From positions 1 through 32,158 of the forward strand of contig JBHLSH010000044.1 of assembly GCA_048881705.1 (NCBI GenBank): 32,158 nt of DNA. The letters run 5' to 3'. The stretch is from Candidatus Heimdallarchaeota archaeon (lineage in GTDB: Archaea; Asgardarchaeota; Heimdallarchaeia; Hodarchaeales; Hodarchaeaceae). The position numbers were made by a program, and so were the translations under genes. The notes under the pieces are model-generated. The model saw only the letters and a program-made list of their open reading frames with translations. It made no database searches and had not been told where the DNA came from. Positions 28,582-32,158 of this stretch are shown here, one piece after another (positions within the stretch are counted from its first letter, which is position 1; every line of letters starts with the position of its first letter).

Positions 28582-29544
28582 CGTGACTGCTTATGAGATT
28601 GCTGGTAATGGTGCAATAACCTGCGTAAAAGAGACCAATCCCGTTCCCATTAGTATTGTTGATTGTATTCCCTGAGATAGTACTAAAGTCCGAACTCGAC
28701 AGAATCCCGTACCCATCGATAATGCCAATCCTATTCCCCGAAATAGTGCTAAAATCCGAACTCGACAGATCAATCCCTTTCCCACTGTTAGTCGTAACAG
28801 TGTTGTCTCTGATGGTGCTGTTCCCTGAATCCCACATACGAATCCCGTTCCCCCTGTTATTTATGACCATATTCCCAAAATGGTGCTGTTTTTCGATTCC
28901 CCCAATTCTATACCTGCCCCCCCGTTATTACGGATAGTATTGTTGATAATAGTGCTATTTTCAGACCTATCCAGCTCAATGCCTGTCCCCCCGTTATCGC
29001 GTACAGTATTGTTGAGCAATATATTTCGGTTTGAATTCTCGAGACGAATGCCAGCTCCATCGGTGGTGGTGATTACGTTCTCTGAAATCCACGCATTTCT
29101 TACGGTGTCCAAGAGAATACCCTCACTCAGACCTCGCCCCTCTACCCAGCAATTGATGAGGTGAAAGAAAACAGTTGTATAGCTAATATGAATCAATGGA
29201 CGCCCATCCGCCTGGATATCTGAACTCCCAGTAACGTTCAGGCCTAAAATGAGATACGGAGAAGCAGCGGTTCCGTTCCCCGTCCAATTCCATTGCATTG
29301 CCAGTTGCGCAAAATCTTGGTTTCCCCAGATACGAATTCTGGAATGGGGTACATAGGCGATCGAAAAGCCCTCAGATACCCGGGAATGGACATCCAGCCG
29401 TTGAACCAGCAGGGGCAAGAACAACAGAAAAAGGATCAGCGTTCGCCCGCAGGATCGGGATCGGCCTCGTGCCCTCATCTTGGGATCTGCCCCGTAGTGT
29501 ATTTAGTTAGGCCATTTTTACTTGATAAATTACCTTAAAGGAAT

Positions 29545-29901
29545 TTAGCTTTTTTGATATGTCTTGTCCTTTTTGTGGGATTCCAACTTTTCCACCATTT
29601 CTTGAGGTGAATAAACATTACCTTCTTCATCAGACACATCTGATCTGAAAAGGAATGTTTTAATCTCATCAATGTCGTGATCGGTGCGTAAATACCACAT
29701 TCCTCGCGGAGTATTCATCAAAACCACCGTGCTAATTTTGATGACCTTTTTACAGGATTTACAGACCACAGAGAAGAGGCTGCCATCGAGTAACTGTTCT
29801 ACCAGACCGGGATCCAACCAGGTGCAAATGCTTTGCGGTAAGAAAGCTTCAACGGGATTCCCACAGGAACAGTCAAAGTGAATAACGCTATATGATGTCA
29901 T
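29545..29901 (-). CDS. CpXC domain protein (Cys-rich)
   Basis: DCSCG...I....DP.L...LLDG.LF...CKSC pattern. Confidence 0.75.
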   Translation of the reverse strand: MTSYSVIHFDCSCGNPVEAFLPQSICTWLDPGLVEQLLDGSLFSVVCKSCKKVIKISTVVLMNTPRGMWYLRTDHDIDEIKTFLFRSDVSDEEGNVYSPQEMVEKLESHKKDKTYQKS

Positions 29902-29945
29902 ATTGGCTTAGTTCCTCGTACTCCTAGAGAACCTCTACTATAAGA

Positions 29946-30017
29946 TCAGAGTCCTCTAATAAAATTTTTCTCAATGGTTAACTTGCGTACCAAGTCTTTG
30001 TAGCGATTATTGATCAT
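29946..30017 (-). repeat. Dispersed gene-tail repeat, copy 3 (23-codon ORF with divergent 3' end)
   Basis: Minus strand ATG...TGA = MINNRYKDLVRKLTIEKNFIRGL*. Confidence 0.85.
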
Positions 30018-30028
30018 GATGATTTATA

Positions 30029-30046
30029 GAAAAAGGAATTATAAAA
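30029..30046 (+). promoter_or_regulatory. Candidate archaeal BRE-TATA promoter of esterase 2
   Basis: Identical to 24786-24803. Confidence 0.45.
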
Positions 30047-30141
30047 TGAAAAAGACTATATTTTTAACATGAAAAAAGACGAGACCCAAAGCATTAATGG
30101 GGTTCTCTCTATTATGAGTTTAAACTTCAGAACAGATGTGA

Positions 30142-31620
30142 ATGAGTATGAAAAAGAAGGCACTTGGAAGTTTTAGTATAGTCTTGCTTTTCGTTTTATG
30201 TACTCCAGTCTTAGTTTTGAACGTTGATGGAAGTAAAGCAGAATTTTATTTAAAACCTAGAATCGTTCAGGAAAACCGCGTTGAAGCATTTAATACTTTA
30301 CTTCTTGAACTGGCGGGTATTTCGGATAATACCACGAAGATGAGCAAAATTAACGAGTTTATGACGGAACAACAACCGTATGGTTTTCCTGTGACTCATG
30401 ATGATGCAATAATTTTCATTTATCGGACAAACAACGCCTCAGTGGTCGAGATTGAAGGTACTCCAGATCGTGTTCGCGTAGAACTCCATCACATTGAAGG
30501 AACCGATTTATTCTATCGGCAATTCACATTTCCTAATGATGCCCGTGGAAGTTATGGATTTCGAGAAGATGGGGGCCCTGGGTTAAAGGATCCGTTAAAT
30601 CCCATTAAAATTGCCCTTGGCTCGCTTGATGTCATTCCCGATACATTCTCCGTTGGCCAACAGTTACTGGTAATTTCCGATTTCCAAATGCCTGAATATG
30701 CTGATGATGGAGCTTATCTGTTTTCTGAAACAATCGGTTCGGTAATGGTAAATGACACATTTTTTTCTGCTAATACAGAGAGTAACTACACGCTTCAGAT
30801 TTATCTTCCCGCAGGATACAACAAATCACAAACACAACGCTATGCATCGGTTTATGTGGGTGATGGAGTGTATTACGCATATGCGTGGAATGGTCAACAG
30901 ATCCTTGATTACCTAGACTTTCATAACAAAACAGAGCCATTGATTGGTGTATTTATTACCCCTATTGAGTATTCAGCCAATCGTAATCGTGATTTTTTAT
31001 TCGGCCGGAAAAATTATGCTGATTTTATTGTAGAAGAATTAATGCCATATATCGATTCGAAATATCGTACAATAAATGATTCTAAATCTAGAGCTCATAT
31101 AGGTTCATCGGGGGGTGGTGTTTTTTCCCTGTACATCGTAGCAGAGTATCCCCAATTCTTTAAACTGGCGGGAGCACAATCAGTGAGTGTTTATGAGTAT
31201 TCCACAGGGATGATTTCGGGAACAACCTATCCTACTTTAGAAGAATACTTCAGACACTCTCCCAAAATTGAGGATACACGATTTTATCTCAATGGTGGAA
31301 CATATGAAGAAGGAATTCTGAAAGAAGCCCATAAGATCGCCAATACACTAGCAGCAAAAGAATATGTAGGGAAATTTCGAGCTTTTCACCAGGCCCATGA
31401 TCCTGGTCAATGGCGAGCCACGCTAAGCGAAATGCTGACGTTTTTATTTACTGATGCCGAACCAGACTATTCAGGATCACCCATTTACTATGGGAACATC
31501 GGTAAAGCAACACCTTTCCCAAGCGTATCCATCTTTGGGGTGATGCTCCTCATCCTTGCGTTCCGTAGAAAAAACTCAGTTTTTCGAACACTTATCCTGA
31601 AGGTCTCAGGAAAGGAATAA
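30142..31620 (+). CDS. Exported, membrane-anchored esterase, paralog 2
   Basis: Collinear with 24897-26354. GSSGGG elbow, GTYE, FHQAH, ATPFP + TM + RRK tail. Confidence 0.85.
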   Translation: MSMKKKALGSFSIVLLFVLCTPVLVLNVDGSKAEFYLKPRIVQENRVEAFNTLLLELAGISDNTTKMSKINEFMTEQQPYGFPVTHDDAIIFIYRTNNASVVEIEGTPDRVRVELHHIEGTDLFYRQFTFPNDARGSYGFREDGGPGLKDPLNPIKIALGSLDVIPDTFSVGQQLLVISDFQMPEYADDGAYLFSETIGSVMVNDTFFSANTESNYTLQIYLPAGYNKSQTQRYASVYVGDGVYYAYAWNGQQILDYLDFHNKTEPLIGVFITPIEYSANRNRDFLFGRKNYADFIVEELMPYIDSKYRTINDSKSRAHIGSSGGGVFSLYIVAEYPQFFKLAGAQSVSVYEYSTGMISGTTYPTLEEYFRHSPKIEDTRFYLNGGTYEEGILKEAHKIANTLAAKEYVGKFRAFHQAHDPGQWRATLSEMLTFLFTDAEPDYSGSPIYYGNIGKATPFPSVSIFGVMLLILAFRRKNSVFRTLILKVSGKE

Positions 31621-31628
31621 AAAAAAAG

Positions 31629-31648
31629 GCCTGACCTTTCGGTCAGGC
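31629..31648 (-). terminator. Hairpin + T-tract terminator between convergent genes
   Basis: GCCTGACC-TTTC-GGTCAGGC, 8-bp stem (GAAA loop on the minus strand), with an adjacent A-run at 31619-31627 that gives a T-run on the minus strand. Confidence 0.55.
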
Positions 31649-31692
31649 AAACAGCTCTGTAAACATCTAGAGTCCAGTTTTAGACTGATTAG

Positions 31693-31762
31693 AATGACTC
31701 TAGATCGTAATCTCGATGTTTAACTAACGTACCAATTCTTTATAGTTAGTCCTGACTGACAC
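31693..31762 (-). repeat. Dispersed gene-tail repeat, copy 4 (internal nonsense codon)
   Basis: Minus strand 31762-31700 = VSVRTNYKELVR*LNIEITI*. Confidence 0.9.
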
Positions 31763-31802
31763 TTAGACAAACCATCCTATAGTTGGACTGAATCCGATGT
31801 TC

Positions 31803-32158
31803 TTATGATTTCTTCCGTCTACGGGAAAAATACTTCGAGAATAGCAATAGTGTGCTAATAACCAGAATATCGATTAATCCTAGCCGGTGACCCGTTATTT
31901 CTGCAGTTGTTATCGTTGTAGTGGTTGTTGGCTTTGTAGGTGTTGTTGTTGTAGTCGAGGGTTCCTCTGTAATGAAAACAAAAACCGTATTACCTTCATT
32001 CCCCAACTTGTCCTTCGCTACGAAGTAGTACTCGACCCCCGTGATGTCGAGCGGCGGGGCGGGGAGAGCACTGCTACAGCAACCGCTCTTGTCCAGAGCC
32101 AAGGGTTGCTTCGTGTAGGCCAGGCCTCCCTGTATGCGGTGAAATACGTGAAGGCTCT
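31803..32158 (-). CDS. C-terminal part of an exported surface protein (Ig-like domain, Thr linker, TM anchor), 5'-partial
   Basis: Frame stays open to the window edge: SLHVFHRIQGGLAYTKQPLALD...PPLDITGVEYYFVAKDKLGN...PSTTTTTPTKPTTTTT...TM...RRRKKS. Confidence 0.75.
   Translation of the reverse strand, partial: SLHVFHRIQGGLAYTKQPLALDKSGCCSSALPAPPLDITGVEYYFVAKDKLGNEGNTVFVFITEEPSTTTTTPTKPTTTTTITTAEITGHRLGLIDILVISTLLLFSKYFSRRRKKS

Larger units (their letters stand above)
26360..29478 (-). pseudogene. Exported beta-helix (NosD-like) surface protein, about 1039 aa, split by a 1-nt frameshift at ~28874-28876
   Basis: Track ORFs 28861-29478 (signal peptide, N-cap GNGTAASPYLI) and 26360-28870 join if one base is restored: ACC ATT TTG GG- AAT ATG GTC versus the paralogous repeat GCC ATT TTG GGG AAT ACG GTC near 27420. 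Could be real or an assembly error. Confidence 0.8.

Noticed and set aside
26859-29538. Many plus-strand and alternate-frame ORFs over the beta-helix gene (e.g. 26859-27386, 27915-28304, 28656-28937)
   Set aside because: Antisense shadows of Asn/Ser/Gly-rich repeats, with no independent protein features.
31659-31724. The repeat/hairpin as an integron attC site
   Set aside because: TAAACATC...GATGTTTA gives an R-box-like pairing, but there is no RYYYAAC/GTTRRRY match, no L-box pairing at the right spacing, and the other copies lack it.
22089-31762. The dispersed repeat as a CRISPR array
   Set aside because: Copies are 1.7-5.2 kb apart with whole genes between them, are degenerate, and no cas genes are present.
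31910-31955. (GTT)n-like runs here and (ACA)n at about 26205-26226 as phase-variable microsatellites
   Set aside because: They are imperfect in-frame triplets encoding Thr linkers, so slippage would not shift the frame.
1-32158. tRNA, rRNA, integrase or transposase genes
   Set aside because: No cloverleaf or rRNA-like stretch seen in intergenic regions by eye, and no ORF has DDE, tyrosine- or serine-recombinase motifs. A covariance-model scan would be needed to exclude small ncRNAs.

Overview
A 32 kb gene-dense, AT-rich accessory region, most likely archaeal. Asgard/Heimdallarchaeia-like is my inference from the stand-alone Taw1/TYW1, DUF2769, BRE-TATA-like promoters and many Thr-linker + TM + basic-tail surface proteins. 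1-22 kb: a partial ARPP-1/DUF6569 gene missed by the ORF track, amino-acid/amine catabolic enzymes, 4-demethylwyosine synthase, and a small-molecule stress/detox set (GyrI-like, DinB x2, YciI, VOC, HxlR, ArsR-SRPBCC, MFS) with two candidate operator palindromes. 22-32 kb: a block of exported, C-terminally anchored proteins (two paralogous esterases duplicated with their upstream DNA, a ~1039-aa beta-helix gene broken by a 1-nt frameshift and full of internal repeats, and a partial Ig-like protein). Best find: this block is punctuated by four same-orientation intergenic copies of a 35-55 bp repeat. On the minus strand it reads as a protein C-terminus plus stop (consensus RYKELVRKLNIEITI*), and the copies differ mostly at synonymous third positions. 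That fits duplicated gene-tail attachment sites from tandem cassette accretion, transposase-tail scars, or a micropeptide family. I saw no rRNA, tRNA, CRISPR array, integrase or transposase.
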